The notes under the pieces were generated by a model. It was not told where the DNA came from, ran no database searches, and was given only the letters and a program-made list of their open reading frames with translations. A stretch of 64,000 nucleotides of DNA, from NCBI GenBank assembly GCA_000182565.2, contig KQ257464.1. The stretch is one strand, 5' to 3'. Below, in pieces: positions 35,024 through 47,011 of the stretch (the stretch's first letter is position 1; every line of letters begins with the position of its first letter). The position numbers and the translations under genes are program-made. The stretch comes from Spizellomyces punctatus DAOM BR117 (lineage: Eukaryota).

Positions 35024-35351
35024 TGTTCCAAGTCTTGAGAGATTAGCTGAATGTGAAGGTCAACGTAATACGTGTCCAAACCCCGACGTGGATCCCCTGG
35101 TCGATCCTTCGTGTCCTTTTGGATCATACTACATTAAGCGTAACAAGTGAGGAAAAGCATGTTTGCACTCGGACATCCAAAAAACAAAGTCTGGAAATAG
35201 ACCCCTGGTATATTTTAGCAAACGGGAAGTCTTATTTAAGTCTACAGCTATGAGATAAACTGAACAAGTCGCGGTTTCCACACCCTCACACGCCTACTAA
35301 ACAGAGCACGAGCTTCATGATTTCACACAATGATATCTAATACTTGCTACG

Positions 35352-36800
35352 CTACCAGCCCAATGTTTTCATTCTCTCCGTCGGTGCTGGTTGCGGGGGA
35401 GCGATTCCGCCCATTTTGTGCTGGTAAAAGATTTGTGGAAACCCTTTCCGGTTGAAGGCCAAGCCTGACGCATTAGACCCATTCGCCATTCTCGCCTTCC
35501 TCAGCATAACAGGACTTTGAGCAGGACTTGACGTCCTCGACACTGCTGGGCTAGCATTCGGAGTCTCACGTTTGGCCATTCCGGCCAAATGTGCGACACA
35601 GTTCATCAATTTGACACGACCTTCCCATTCATAGTCCCCATCCGGTTTGAATACCTTGTTGATCACGAACCGATACACAGCCGTATTCTTGGGAAATCCA
35701 TTGAGGAGGTCACAATCGAGCTGGAAATTGAGCTCTTCGATCAGGTGCTCCATCATACGTTGGATCCAGCCACCATGGGTCACTAGCAAGACGTTGATTT
35801 GTCTCATTCTCGGCGTGCGTGAGCTGCGAACGGAGTCGGTGGACCCGTTTGCAGCAGGCTTCTCCCTGCCGTCGGCTTGGCCCGGTGTTGATGATCCTGC
35901 GCGTTCATCACCATTTACGCTTGAATTGCCTAGCGAGTCAGTGGACACTGCTTGCAGCAGCTGTTGATGCGGTTGTACAAGATGGTAGGCGATTAGATCC
36001 GTGTAAAGGTCTACCACACGGTCCTTGAATTCTCGGTTGCCTTCCCCCTTTTCAGCAATGTGGTCGTCAAAAGATCGATCTTCCTCTTTCAAGATCAGTT
36101 TTGCTTGAGGCCATGGCAATCCTGTCAGGTCTCCCAAATCCTATAAGTGGGCCATCAGGGCATTCATAGTTTGTCGTGTCAACGTTCGTGTCCAATGAAT
36201 GGCATACCTGTTCGCGCAGGCGATAGTCCTTTGATAGAGGAGTCGTTGGGTGACGTTTTGCTATCTCGTGTGCTGTCTAAACAGGCACGGGTAGACATTT
36301 AGCATCAACAACGAGGCCCAGACTCATCAACTTGTCCCATACCTGTTTCGCTCTCAAAAGATCGCTGGTGTAAATGTGATCGAATGACTCCTTCTTCAAT
36401 CTCCAAGCAAGGGATTCAGCTTGCTTCATCCCACACGAGTTGATGGGACTATCTGCACAGGGTCCGTTGATTAACACTGAGCAGAATGGCGTTAGCTACA
36501 GCAGCTGCGATTTTTACCAGATTGTCCTTGTAGAACTCGCGGAACTTGGGCGTTCTGGTCGGTTTCCGCACTTATGTACGCAAAATACATGATTAGCGTG
36601 TGGTCCGTGTTGCCATTACTCTGCCCGTCACGACATGCTCATGCGCAACGACCATGCAATTGCATTCTTTTGAATGCTCCGAATGCATACTTTACAGGCT
36701 TGCAAGCGTGTACAACTCCTGCTTCAACCCTCAAAACTCAAAAGTAGAATACCTACTGTCGAACCAGTGTTACGACCAGACAAAGATTCTTCCCTGGCAT
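35352..36800 (-). CDS. Histidine phosphatase / phosphoglycerate-mutase family (TIGAR-like)
   Basis: Spliced VTLVRHAETDQN..LQGQSDSP, IYTSDLLRAKQTA, LREQDLG, VLLVTHGGWI, MNCVAHL. Confidence 0.88.
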
Positions 36801-37397
36801 GATGGATACTCTGCAACCGTTCAGTTTTGGTGACCGTGTCCCTGCCGCAAAACAACACAGAAACAGCGACTAGAGCTTTTGGAAACGTGTACGAGTTTTT
36901 GTATAAAAATATCGTGCGCTTGCCGTTTCCAATCTTCCATTTGAACATGAACCGTTGTTCCTGCAAGGTATTTTACACATGCTGTTCGTTATCTGATGTT
37001 GCTAAGAATAGCTCATTTTACATTGTCCCACAGGTATATGGACTCATGTTTTGAGGGTTTTAATGCATAGAAAATTATGTCCATACAACGACCGTAAACA
37101 AAAAAAACTCTAGAACCGTTTTAAGCGAAATCAACGAGCACTAGAAAATATTGTCAGTAACTTTCAGTGTTTGCAAAGAGGAAGCACCCTTATGCCTATT
37201 TCATGATGGCTTGGGCAAAGCATGACAGATGAAGTATGTCTTGCTTATTGGAGTCGATGTCGGTATCCCCATCTTTCATCACAGAGCGTTGGGACGCGAC
37301 ACCCTGAACGCGACGCGTATCGTCCACAGTTCAGCACAGATGACCTCCACCACATTGCATTTCGAGTCAACTGTTGCCCTTGACAAGGAGATTATCG

Positions 37398-38825
37398 ATG
37401 GAGTTAGCAAACGAGAAACCCGCAAATGGAGGTGGAAGTGAATTATTTACATACGAACTGGAAAAGTGCGGCGAAGAGCCGACCGCAAACGAGATGCTCA
37501 AGATAACTAACCGAATGGACGATCCGGTTGAAGTCTTGGGCATACCAGAGCCACAACAGTTGCAAAAGGAGGATCACAAATCATCAAGCCCATGCGCCCA
37601 GAAAGAAGAAAAATCGGCAGCGTACGAATCAGATTTTGAGGAACTATCTGTATTGGAAGGTCGCTCGTCCGCCGAAGCATCAAAAGACGATGCTGGCAGT
37701 ATGGAACATCAAGATCAGCCATTATGTGTAGAGGATTTGGAAACGAGTGGGAATTTTGCAAGATCCTGGCAGCCAGAACGAGCGTCACGAGTGCCACTAC
37801 CCGTGCATCGACCCGAGATATGCACAGAAAAATCAACATCCAAAACAAGTGCAGGTTTTGTATCGCAGGTTGGGACAGAGAGTGGAGGGCGGGAGCCATT
37901 ACAAGATGTGATACGACAGTATGCTCAACTGGATCTTAAGCGAGACGAAATTGCCTTCGCCGATTGGCTTGCCCGCAAAAATCGAACTCAATCTCCCATC
38001 TCGCCACACACCTCTGTCCATTCCACTGCTTCCAAATCGTTTCCATCCTTGGCCCACCATCAGACTCCTCTCATTCAACCGAAAAATCTTAACGAATCCA
38101 TCCAAGACCCAGAAGCCCTCGCTAAGCGCACTGAAAGAAATCAAAAGGCCGTCTCCGCTTGGGTAGCACGCAAACGTGCCCAAATGCAGAGTCAATCCAA
38201 ACAGGAAGCCGAGAGACGCGCAAAAGCCCTTGCCGATCTTGCTGAAGAAGAGCATAAAAAAGAGATACGTCAGCAACGTATCCAGCGTGAAGTAGCGCGG
38301 TGGGCTCGTGCAAAGGAGGAAATGGAAGAACGCATGGGAGAGAAGGCCATTCGCGAGGAGCGGGAGCGGCAAGAAGAAGAGCAAAAGCGACGAGAGATGG
38401 GTCAGCAAGCATTTGAGGCATGGAAGAAGGGGAAAATGGAGATGGACAAAAAACGGAGAGCGGAAATGGATCAGACAAAGAGGGAAAACATCCGTCCCGT
38501 TTGCACACATCGGAATGCGTGGACAGACATCGTAGCGCTACCAGACCGAGTAAGGCCTTCGGTACCCAGGAAGCAGGGCCAGTCGTCTAGCATCATACTT
38601 TCCCCACCTCATCTCTACAACGATTATAACCTCTATGCGGAAAAGGCCCCGAATTATCTACGCAAGTACCGAATCTTAGTGGCCTCAGCAGGAATGGATC
38701 TGCATAAAGATAGAGGTCCCAGTTCAAAGCGATCTGGTAAGGCAACGGGAGTGAACAAGAAAACTGGGCATCTGCCAAATAGTCAGAGATCGTGCTTTCG
38801 TGTGTCAACTAGTGAAGGCCTATAA
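37398..38825 (+). CDS. CCDC34/CCDC181-like (DUF4207-type) coiled-coil protein
   Basis: Repeated AFADWLARK, AVSAWVARK, VARWARAK and AFEAWKKGK motifs within a charged coiled coil. Confidence 0.6.
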   Translation: MELANEKPANGGGSELFTYELEKCGEEPTANEMLKITNRMDDPVEVLGIPEPQQLQKEDHKSSSPCAQKEEKSAAYESDFEELSVLEGRSSAEASKDDAGSMEHQDQPLCVEDLETSGNFARSWQPERASRVPLPVHRPEICTEKSTSKTSAGFVSQVGTESGGREPLQDVIRQYAQLDLKRDEIAFADWLARKNRTQSPISPHTSVHSTASKSFPSLAHHQTPLIQPKNLNESIQDPEALAKRTERNQKAVSAWVARKRAQMQSQSKQEAERRAKALADLAEEEHKKEIRQQRIQREVARWARAKEEMEERMGEKAIREERERQEEEQKRREMGQQAFEAWKKGKMEMDKKRRAEMDQTKRENIRPVCTHRNAWTDIVALPDRVRPSVPRKQGQSSSIILSPPHLYNDYNLYAEKAPNYLRKYRILVASAGMDLHKDRGPSSKRSGKATGVNKKTGHLPNSQRSCFRVSTSEGL

Positions 38826-38931
38826 GGCAGCATAGTCATTGAATTACATGTTTTTCCCAAACGCGCCACGCGCTCCATGCCCTGTCTTCCGCAAGCGACC
38901 ATGAGATAGTTCACAAAGTTCTCTACCTAGA

Positions 38932-39440
38932 TTATATGTTAGAAAATCCTCTTTCCTCTGCTGCTTGCTTCGAGTTAAGATAAGACTGAGAAACAAATCG
39001 GGATCAACAAATGAAACCTGACGAGGATTCAAGTTCGAAGCCATCTACCTGACACCAGCAGAACGCAAAAAGACCCATGTAGATGAACCCCGCTACATAG
39101 CATCCTTTGGCTACCAGTTGTGGGTCTGATGGCACCTCGCCTTTTTTGCCATCTACCAGTTCTTCGTTTTCAGCGTGGAAGAGCGCGCCCATCAGAAGCT
39201 GCGAGAGAACATCGCCAAAGAGAACTTGAGTACTATTCTGGAAGAAAAGTGAATGGCGACAAGGGTTTTCATACCAAGAATACAATCCCGACCGCGCTCA
39301 CGATAGTACTACCAGTGGCGGCGCGTTAAAGAAGCGGTAAGTTGTGGATACCGACTTCAGAGCTAGCTCATGAGACCCAAATGCAATACTTCTTACCAGC
39401 ACATGGAGCATGCGGGACCAACGACAGTAAGTCGTGCCAT
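38932..39440 (-). CDS. RNASEK: V-ATPase subunit f / RNase kappa homologue
   Basis: Four exons: MARLTVVGPACSMC|CTIVSAVGIVFL|LLMGALF..VAKGCYVAGFIYMGLFAFCWCQ|SYLNSKQAAEERGFSNI*. Confidence 0.82.
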
Positions 39441-39658
39441 TGTGTACGGTCAGGTAAATTAGAGGGGAATATTGTAGAGTGGACGGCACTGGATGAGAAG
39501 GGAAAGCAACCTAAGTTTCCCCAGGCACGTCAGCACTTCTCCGACGGTGGCAGGCTGTCCCGTGATTTCGGGCACGTGATGAATAGCAAGAGGACGGAGA
39601 AAGTTCATTGAACGCTACAATCTAGTGTATCTAAAATAATACAATAATCAAATCGTAT

Positions 39659-40796
39659 TCACAAGCGGGATTTATTCTGAGTATGCTTGATTGTTGAGGG
39701 CGATAATCCAAAGTTTTCAGATACTGGTACAGAGTGCTAAAATAATGGGAACACAGAGGAACATGGTTACAAACCATCCGAAACGGGTTGAGATAATACA
39801 TAACGCACCTCAATGCATATGCATTTGATGAGAGCCATATGGTGGATGGCGTGGTGACAAAGAAACCACAGCTCTCGACCCATACTTGAACGAAACGGTG
39901 CATCACGTTCGTTATCCGATGCAACTGTTGCGGCGACAGACACAGGGGTGTCTATGCGAACGGGCGATGCCGCTAATCGCAAGATATCATGTCGCAATTC
40001 ATCCATCGCTGCCAGAGCTACATCCGGATCATCCGCTATGTCGGCCTGGATATTCACTCTTTTAGTACGCTCAAAAAACGATCTTGGCAATCTGGACTAT
40101 ACAGACGTCGGGGCGCCTGGCATCGTAATTCATGAACATCACGTCATCCCCATTCATTTTTTTAACATTCAAAGCCTTTCCATTTTTTGAATGCGGGCCT
40201 CCATGTTCGGATGTTTCGGCCAGCAAAATTCGGAAATGATCGACAACATGGCGTACGTGCTTTTTTCAACAGCGCATTAGCCCAAGAGCTACTATGCACA
40301 AGGTATTCGCGCGCTTTACCTTGCCAATGGTCGAAGGCGGGACATACTTGGATGCTGCCGTGTAAGCTGCAGGGTTCGCTTCCTTGAGATTCCCGAGAAA
40401 CTCAGAATACTGTCGCAAAATTCCAAGTGTGGCCTGAAATAGTTCCTCGGCTACCTCCCGCTCCTGGAGCAGGTATTGCTTGTCTGCTTTGCTTTTGTTA
40501 ACAAACCGGAAGTGGGTCGAGGTCGTATATGCATGTCGGGGCATGAGGAAAACAGGGGAACCATGGCGTACTGCGAAGATGTGTGCGGGTGTTGGCTTCC
40601 AGGGACGGGGAGCCCTGAGAGATCGGGGAAGCTGTGAAAAGTAAGTCTCCATACGAACGCAATTTGAGAACCATTCTGCTACCTTTGGTTGTTGTCGTCC
40701 AAGATGATGTTTTAGCATTCGCTGTGTGGGTTGTACAGCTGTATGCTTTACAGTGTTCAGAAGAGCTGCGAGCAGGTGGCTGTCTCGCCCCCACAT
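39659..40796 (-). CDS. DinB/YfiT-superfamily protein with N-terminal extension
   Basis: STIGK|HVRHVVDHF, NYDARR, SSMGRELWFLCHHAIHHMALIK, ENFGLSPST; start codon uncertain. Confidence 0.82.
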
Positions 40797-41013
40797 TACG
40801 TAATCAGTGTTCCAGTTCCGATGGGCAGGCCCTTTTGACCACCCTCCAATGACAGGCAGGTAGCCCAGGAACGAATGTTTTCTCCGAAGATGTTTATTTT
40901 TAGTCTTATTTTACATTCCGAAAACCCGCTGCAATCCAATTGTTAGCTATATCATCTTCTCCACAGTCTAACCCGCGGTAACCTCACACTTGCACAGAGT
41001 TCATATATCAGTT

Positions 41014-41472
41014 ATGTTCACCTTCGGTCTACCACCATACATTCAATCCTACATACAACGAACACAAGCTGCCAGCCAGAGAATGTTTACCGGATCAGAC
41101 ATGCGATCTATGCAGCATCTCTGGCGATACTACTACCTAGGATCTGTGTTGCTTGCTGGCAACCCGTTACTAAAGGTATAATGTTAGGAGCCTGCTAAAG
41201 GCTGCAGTGTCAAAGTGGTATAAAGGGCTAATAAATGGTTGTAGCTGTTTGTGTATACGCTTTTTGCGGCAGCATTCTTTCCCGTTCTGGGATTCATCGG
41301 GGCCAGTCTCACCATTATCTTTGGCTCCGTATTCCTTGCCATCGGGCTCTTGTGTGTTGCAGGCAGCTGTCTTGGATTTTCTCTGCTTGTGTCACTCGCC
41401 ATCGCCTCCTTCGGCACATTCTGGTATGCAGTATGGCGTTCCGCTCTACAGATAGCAAGAGGACGACGATAA
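41014..41472 (+). CDS. Promethin/LDAF1 (Ldo45-like) lipid-droplet assembly factor candidate
   Basis: NPLLK|LFVYTLFAAAFFPVLGFIGASLTIIFGSVFLAIGLLCVAGSCLGFSLLVSLAIASFGTFW, a long unbroken hydrophobic segment with the HP/NP..P pattern; intron 41176-41244. Confidence 0.62.
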
Positions 41473-42067
41473 CTTGCCGATGAATGTTGAGTCGGTGAAT
41501 TGAGACGGTGGTCACGATTGTTACTTAGAAGATTGACTTGGGCTGGATATGTAGATGAGGATTTCCCTCTGAGGCGCAGACGGCGCTCAATCTTGAGCTT
41601 TCCAATCTTTGGAGGATCCACCAGGATCAACAACATGCGATTGCAGTCAGCATGCGTGAGTACTGTTCATGAGAGCTTAGCAAGCTCTTGTTCGTTGTCC
41701 CCAGACTAATGTCGCACCCTCCCATTAGATCTGATATTCTTCCTGCTCAATACAATTGAATGCACAATGTACAATAGACATAATATAACCTGTTTCCTAT
41801 ATTGCATTGCATTGATATTGATGTTAGTAGTCTAGTCACACTGTGGTCTACTTAGGTTATCTTTGAGTGTCCTGTCAACTGAGGCCTCCCCTCGGGTGTG
41901 GTCTGAGGGTCCCGAAGGAAATCTGAAATTCTCCGTGAGGGTATGCCTCGTGGACCCGATCATTCATCCCTGGTGAATTCATCATCGATATATCCAGCCG
42001 GTCGATGCACGCCACAAACCCAATTCCAACCCATCATTGAGACAGCTGCAACGGTCCCAGCGCTGGG

Positions 42068-44830
42068 ATGATGCTTGCCGACCGAGGCCTGGTCAATTCG
42101 GCCCATCGAAATCCTCCGCAATCAACCACTATTTTGGACGAAGGGGAGAATGACGACAACAGGCCCATGTCATCTGCTGCTGCTGTATTTCGCTTGGGTC
42201 TGACACCTCAAGCAAGATCAGATCGGTTATTATCGCCGTTACCTTCCCCACCACGGAGCCGTATTTCTAGCGGCCGTAAGGTCTCTCAGCAACTTGATTG
42301 CCTATTGAAGAAAGATAAACGCCGGGTGTTGTCACCACTCGACAGGCCGAAGAAACCCTTGGATATCCCAAAGCTTGCAGATAATTACAAAAATCCCTTC
42401 TTGGGACCCGGGCCACTAGAGCGACGAAAATACGAGCCGACTAAGAAATTGGACAAGAAGACATCGCAATGGGTAAAGTTCAGCGGTAGTTTCCGGATGT
42501 GTAAAAGGTCGTATCTAATGATTTAATGACCGTTGCAGGTGCGAGCGTCGCAGCTATCCCTCCTACCAGCAACGCCTGCAGGACCATCTGCTACACGAAG
42601 GCCGCATCGGGTTCCTGTACTAGGAAAAGTGCCACCAAGCATCCCTGCACCGGAAGGGTATTTTCGTATCTTTACTGAAATGAAAACAGTTGAGACCACC
42701 GACGCATCGAAAAATGGACATCATCTAGCATCTCTTCTTCCGCATCGGTACACAAAGAAAGTGCCTTTATACGGGACCAGTCCGAGAATGCTTCTGATGA
42801 TGCAAAAAGCGGTAAGGGCCTGTTCCTTTTATCAAAGGTTTCTTCTTGTTTCTTACAGTAGCTTCAGCCCCCATCCCGTCTTGCGCGGCTGACCGTCACA
42901 CCGGGAGTGTTACCTCCCATCCCTCAATCGACCATCAAGCCCTCACAAGTCAGCGAAAAAAGCCTTTCTCGGTTCACACGTCTACCGCCCGCTCCATCGA
43001 TAGTCAATGATACAGTGGAGACTCCCACATCTCTCCCCACCTCACAGCCCGCGTCCCGGCGAAGCTCCACTATCAAGGTCCGACGAAAGTTACGGAAAAA
43101 GGTGCAAGTCGCGGAATCTCAATTACAACCTATATCGTCGTCACCCCATGCAGACATCTCGCCAGTACAAACGGCGCCTGAGCCTGACACATCAAATATA
43201 GTGGCTGGTCCACCATCGCATGTCCAGGAAGAGGCGACCAAGCCAGCTATACCAAAGCTCCCTGATGTCGAATTGGACGCAAATTCGGAGCTGACTGGAT
43301 GGGAAACAGAACCGCAACCGCCTTCTGTTGTTGCACCTGCCCGACAGCGATTATCAGAGCCTGTGGTCCAACCAGCGGTGTCAGCTTCTCAACCAGTCAT
43401 GGAGACCGCACCTAGTTCCAAACCCACGCCAAAGTCCTCCGTGGTGGATCGTCCTTATAAACCTCGCCGTCCCACTCCACCAAAACAAGTGACTGTAAAT
43501 CTGCAACAACTGCTTAACAAAAATAAACAAGTCGACAGTCCTATTGAGCCAGGGTCAGACGGAGAAGCGGCCAGGGAGGAGGAGGACGAATTTGTTGTTT
43601 TCCGAGGCGACGACACAACAGCAGAAGACACTGAAACCTCTGCATCAACGCCGAAAATACCGTCAAGGACGTCACAATACCTTGGTAGGCATCGACAAAA
43701 CTCCAACGACCCTGTAAGTGTTGCCTCCGGTGGGGAAGATGAGCGCAAGAAGAGGAGAGCATCAGTGGCTTTGGCTGCGAGAAAGAGTATTGTCCGACGA
43801 ACGGTATGTGTTTGGAACTGACATTAAATCGGTTGAAAATTCATGGGATTGATTTTGATGATTGCACATTCCGTAACAGTCAAAGATAGACCTTGAGCAT
43901 ATGCGACGACAGCGCATTGCAGAAGGCGGGCCACACCGTGCTGGTCTGGAAGGCGAAAAAGCGAAAGAGGTGAGTACCATGGAAACATTCCGTTCGCAAG
44001 GGTCGGTTAGATCTAATATTTGGATAGGACTTCCTGAGTGCAATGGTCAAAGACTTGAACGTTCTCGGCGATGACAGCAAAGCGCGCTATTTAGCTCTCT
44101 CTGAACCAATCTTTAAGGACAAGACCTTGGTTGCAGTCGAAGAAATGGGTGCCGAGTTGGCAAAAATGGGTTGGGTCACAGAACAGGAGATTGAATACAT
44201 CAACCGGGTATTTCCTTTCATTGTAGTTAGTATTCTTGTGAATTATCAACTTATCTTTCGCCATTCAAGGTGTTTGAACTTGTAGCGGGTGATCATATTG
44301 ATCAATCTGAATTCTGTGTTATTGCTGCGTTGGCGGAGAGAATGACACTGCTAGAGTAGGTTACTTGGTGAATATTTACTGGTGGCTATGGACAGGTAGT
44401 CTAATCATTATTTATACTCGCTCGCAGTACGAATCTCCGCCTCAGCTTCAGCGATACCGACTTCAAAAAGCTGGAGAGGAATATCAAGCAGTACCGCAAC
44501 CTCTTTTCTGTCAACACCTCTTCTGAGGACGGGCGAATGACATATGAGGATCTCAAAATACTCCTTCTTTCTACTGGCCTGCCGGCAGACTCAATAGAAC
44601 ATGTCGCATCATTACTGAATGTGGCGTCGGACGAGGCAGCCGCATCTGGGACTACCAAGCAGACTGCTGTGGGTTTCCTGGATTTCTTGACCTATGTTCC
44701 CTTTTTCTCGGTCCTACATGATAAGATAGTGGCGGATCCTTTTGCTGAAGGGGGCGGTAGTGGTGAAGATGTGATTAAGAATTTGTTGGCGGATTTAAAG
44801 GGACGACAAAAAGGCGGTGGAGCTGGGTAG
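42068..44830 (+). CDS. Hypothetical protein: Pro/Ser-rich N-terminus with C-terminal EF-hand-like domain
   Basis: Multi-exon; C-terminal IDQSEFCVIAALAER, DGRMTYEDLKILL, VGFLDFLTYVPFF. Confidence 0.65.
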
Positions 44831-44937
44831 ATTCATTCACTTTTACAATAGATCAAGAAGGGATAATGCCAACTCTGATTGCACCACATTTGCATTCTTC
44901 ATCCTATTAAGCATTAAAAGCGGGTATTAACCAGCAT

Positions 44938-45820
44938 CTAAGTCCGCTTCACATTCCGCTCCTTCTTGTGCTCCAGAAACCACTTTACGACTTCAGGATT
45001 GTTGTACGTCTCGGTCCAACTATCATGCTTCGCCCGGGGATAGCTGGTGTACTTGACTTTACCGCCATGCTCCTGTAACGCTTCCACAGCCTGCTCGCTT
45101 TCCGTGATGGGGATGATGTTATCCAGCACCCCGTGAAATACCCAAACAGGTAGGTGCTTGATCAATCCAAGCCGAAGGGTATCAGTACCTCCACAAATTG
45201 GTGCAATCGCAGCAAACCGCTGAGGATTGTGCAGTGCAATATTCCAGGTTCCTTGCCCTCCCATAGACACGCCAGTTACGTAGATCCGGGAGGCATCGAC
45301 CCGGTATGTGTCCTCAATCTCGTTCAATAGGTGCTCCAGAACATGAGCGTTCCATCCGTATCCTTTGGTCAGGTCGACTTGAGGTGAAACAGTGATGAAC
45401 GTCTCCGCCACAAGCTTGGCAGTCTCTTCTGGAACCTTTGTATTAGAGGGTCAGTATAGGCGTCTTGTACAAGCTCAAGAATGTGATACATACCGGAAGT
45501 GAGGCAGCATCGGGCTCTTCTTCATCTACTGTCTTTTTAGCGGCTTTCAAGTCCGGAACATGAACGATCGGAGGCTTTCCCGCTTGGATAAGTTCATATG
45601 CGGTAACTAGTTTGGGAATACCGTGTCTTTTAACAAATTCCAAATCGTTTTGTCCACCCCGCGCGCTTTCACCTGCTCCATGCAGGAAGAGGATTAATGG
45701 CCATTTCTTGGATGAGTCTTCCTCGTACTGAGGGGGAGTGGAGAGGAGATACTGGTAGGCGTACGCGGCAGGAGACTTTTGTTGCACAAAGGGACGCAGC
45801 AAGGTGGTAGGAGAGGGCAT
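44938..45820 (-). CDS. Alpha/beta hydrolase (COG4099 predicted peptidase/esterase-like)
   Basis: WPLILFLHGAGE, VSPQ, RIYVTGVSMGGQG (GxSxG), WVFHGVLD, HDSW; one intron. Confidence 0.9.
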
Positions 45821-46279
45821 GTTGTTCGATAGAGAGGTAATTTGCTGAAGAAAAGGTATCTAAAGTGACAAGTAGCTAAAGGCGCAAGTGAGCTGTTTGA
45901 AAAGACAAAAGATGGAGAAAACACACACGGGCTCAGGTCATGCAACGATAACACAAACAAACCACCTTCCAGAACGAGTCATCGTTGAGGTAAGCGAGAC
46001 AGGACGCGACGCGACACGACACGGGACACTCGGGCAGATGGGGGTGGCAAGTGACAGTTTGCGTTTGTTTGCTTATAATAGTTTTGAATCATTTCCTTTT
46101 GCCTTTTCAATACATCGGTCGCTATTCTTGGGCATGTACACCGGTCAACTGAACGCCACAACCCCCATACCCTCCGCAGATCCCATGTGATTCCTTGGCC
46201 CCAAGTTCCTTTTACCTGGTTAATAAAATCACTTGCCAGGGCGTATGCCCCATGAATCTAGTCTGATTCCTACATCAAC

Positions 46280-46687
46280 ATGCCTTCCCTCGTCCGAGCA
46301 AGCTTCCCAACTCAAACTACCCCGTCTGCACATCCCAATTATGCGGGTCTTCGGCGATCTCAGGCAGTGTGGGATCTCCCATCTGTTCCTCTTGACACAG
46401 AATTGAATGTCAATGTTACAATATCATTTCCCGCCGCGCAACGTCTACCATTGTCTATAGAGTCCATGTCGACTGTCCATACGTTAAAGTCCCGCATTGC
46501 CGATCTACGTGGCTTGGATGAAGCCGGTGTGCAACGTATAAAGCTGACTTTTAACGACACAGAAATGGTGGACTCAGATCACATCTACGAATATGGGATC
46601 AGTAGTGGGGCCATCATCGTCGTACAATGGGTTGATCCTCAATTACAACGAGTCGACAGTGGAAAAGAAGATCTTATAGAGAAGTAG
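46280..46687 (+). CDS. Ubiquitin-like domain protein
   Basis: STVHTLKSRIAD..RIKLTFNDTEMVDSDHIYEYGISSGAIIVV; no C-terminal GG. Confidence 0.75.
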   Translation: MPSLVRASFPTQTTPSAHPNYAGLRRSQAVWDLPSVPLDTELNVNVTISFPAAQRLPLSIESMSTVHTLKSRIADLRGLDEAGVQRIKLTFNDTEMVDSDHIYEYGISSGAIIVVQWVDPQLQRVDSGKEDLIEK

Positions 46688-47011
46688 CGTAAATAACCTA
46701 TTGTAGATATTATTCATTTGTAGAAAGTATGATATTTCATATATATAATCACTTGCTATAATTAAATTGGCAATTAATGCGTTCATCACATCTGTCCAAC
46801 AAGTTTCGACATTCCTGGTCGATATCCCATCGTTTGCATCAAGTTATCGAAATGACTCAAAGGCATCAAGATATCAATGCAAAGTCACCGTGCCACGTAC
46901 CTTAACTCATCAATTGAGCTAGCCAGATCGTGAACAGATCGTGAACCTATAGAAGTTTTGTTGCTGTGGATCCGTGACGTCGAAAAGCGATTCTACCAGA
47001 GTGCACCGTAC

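Noticed and set aside
35096-35105. Shared CCTGGTCGAT upstream of FANK1 and zeta-tubulin (46814) as a ciliary promoter motif
   Set aside because: A single shared 10-mer among many promoter pairs is compatible with chance and is not a canonical RFX X-box.
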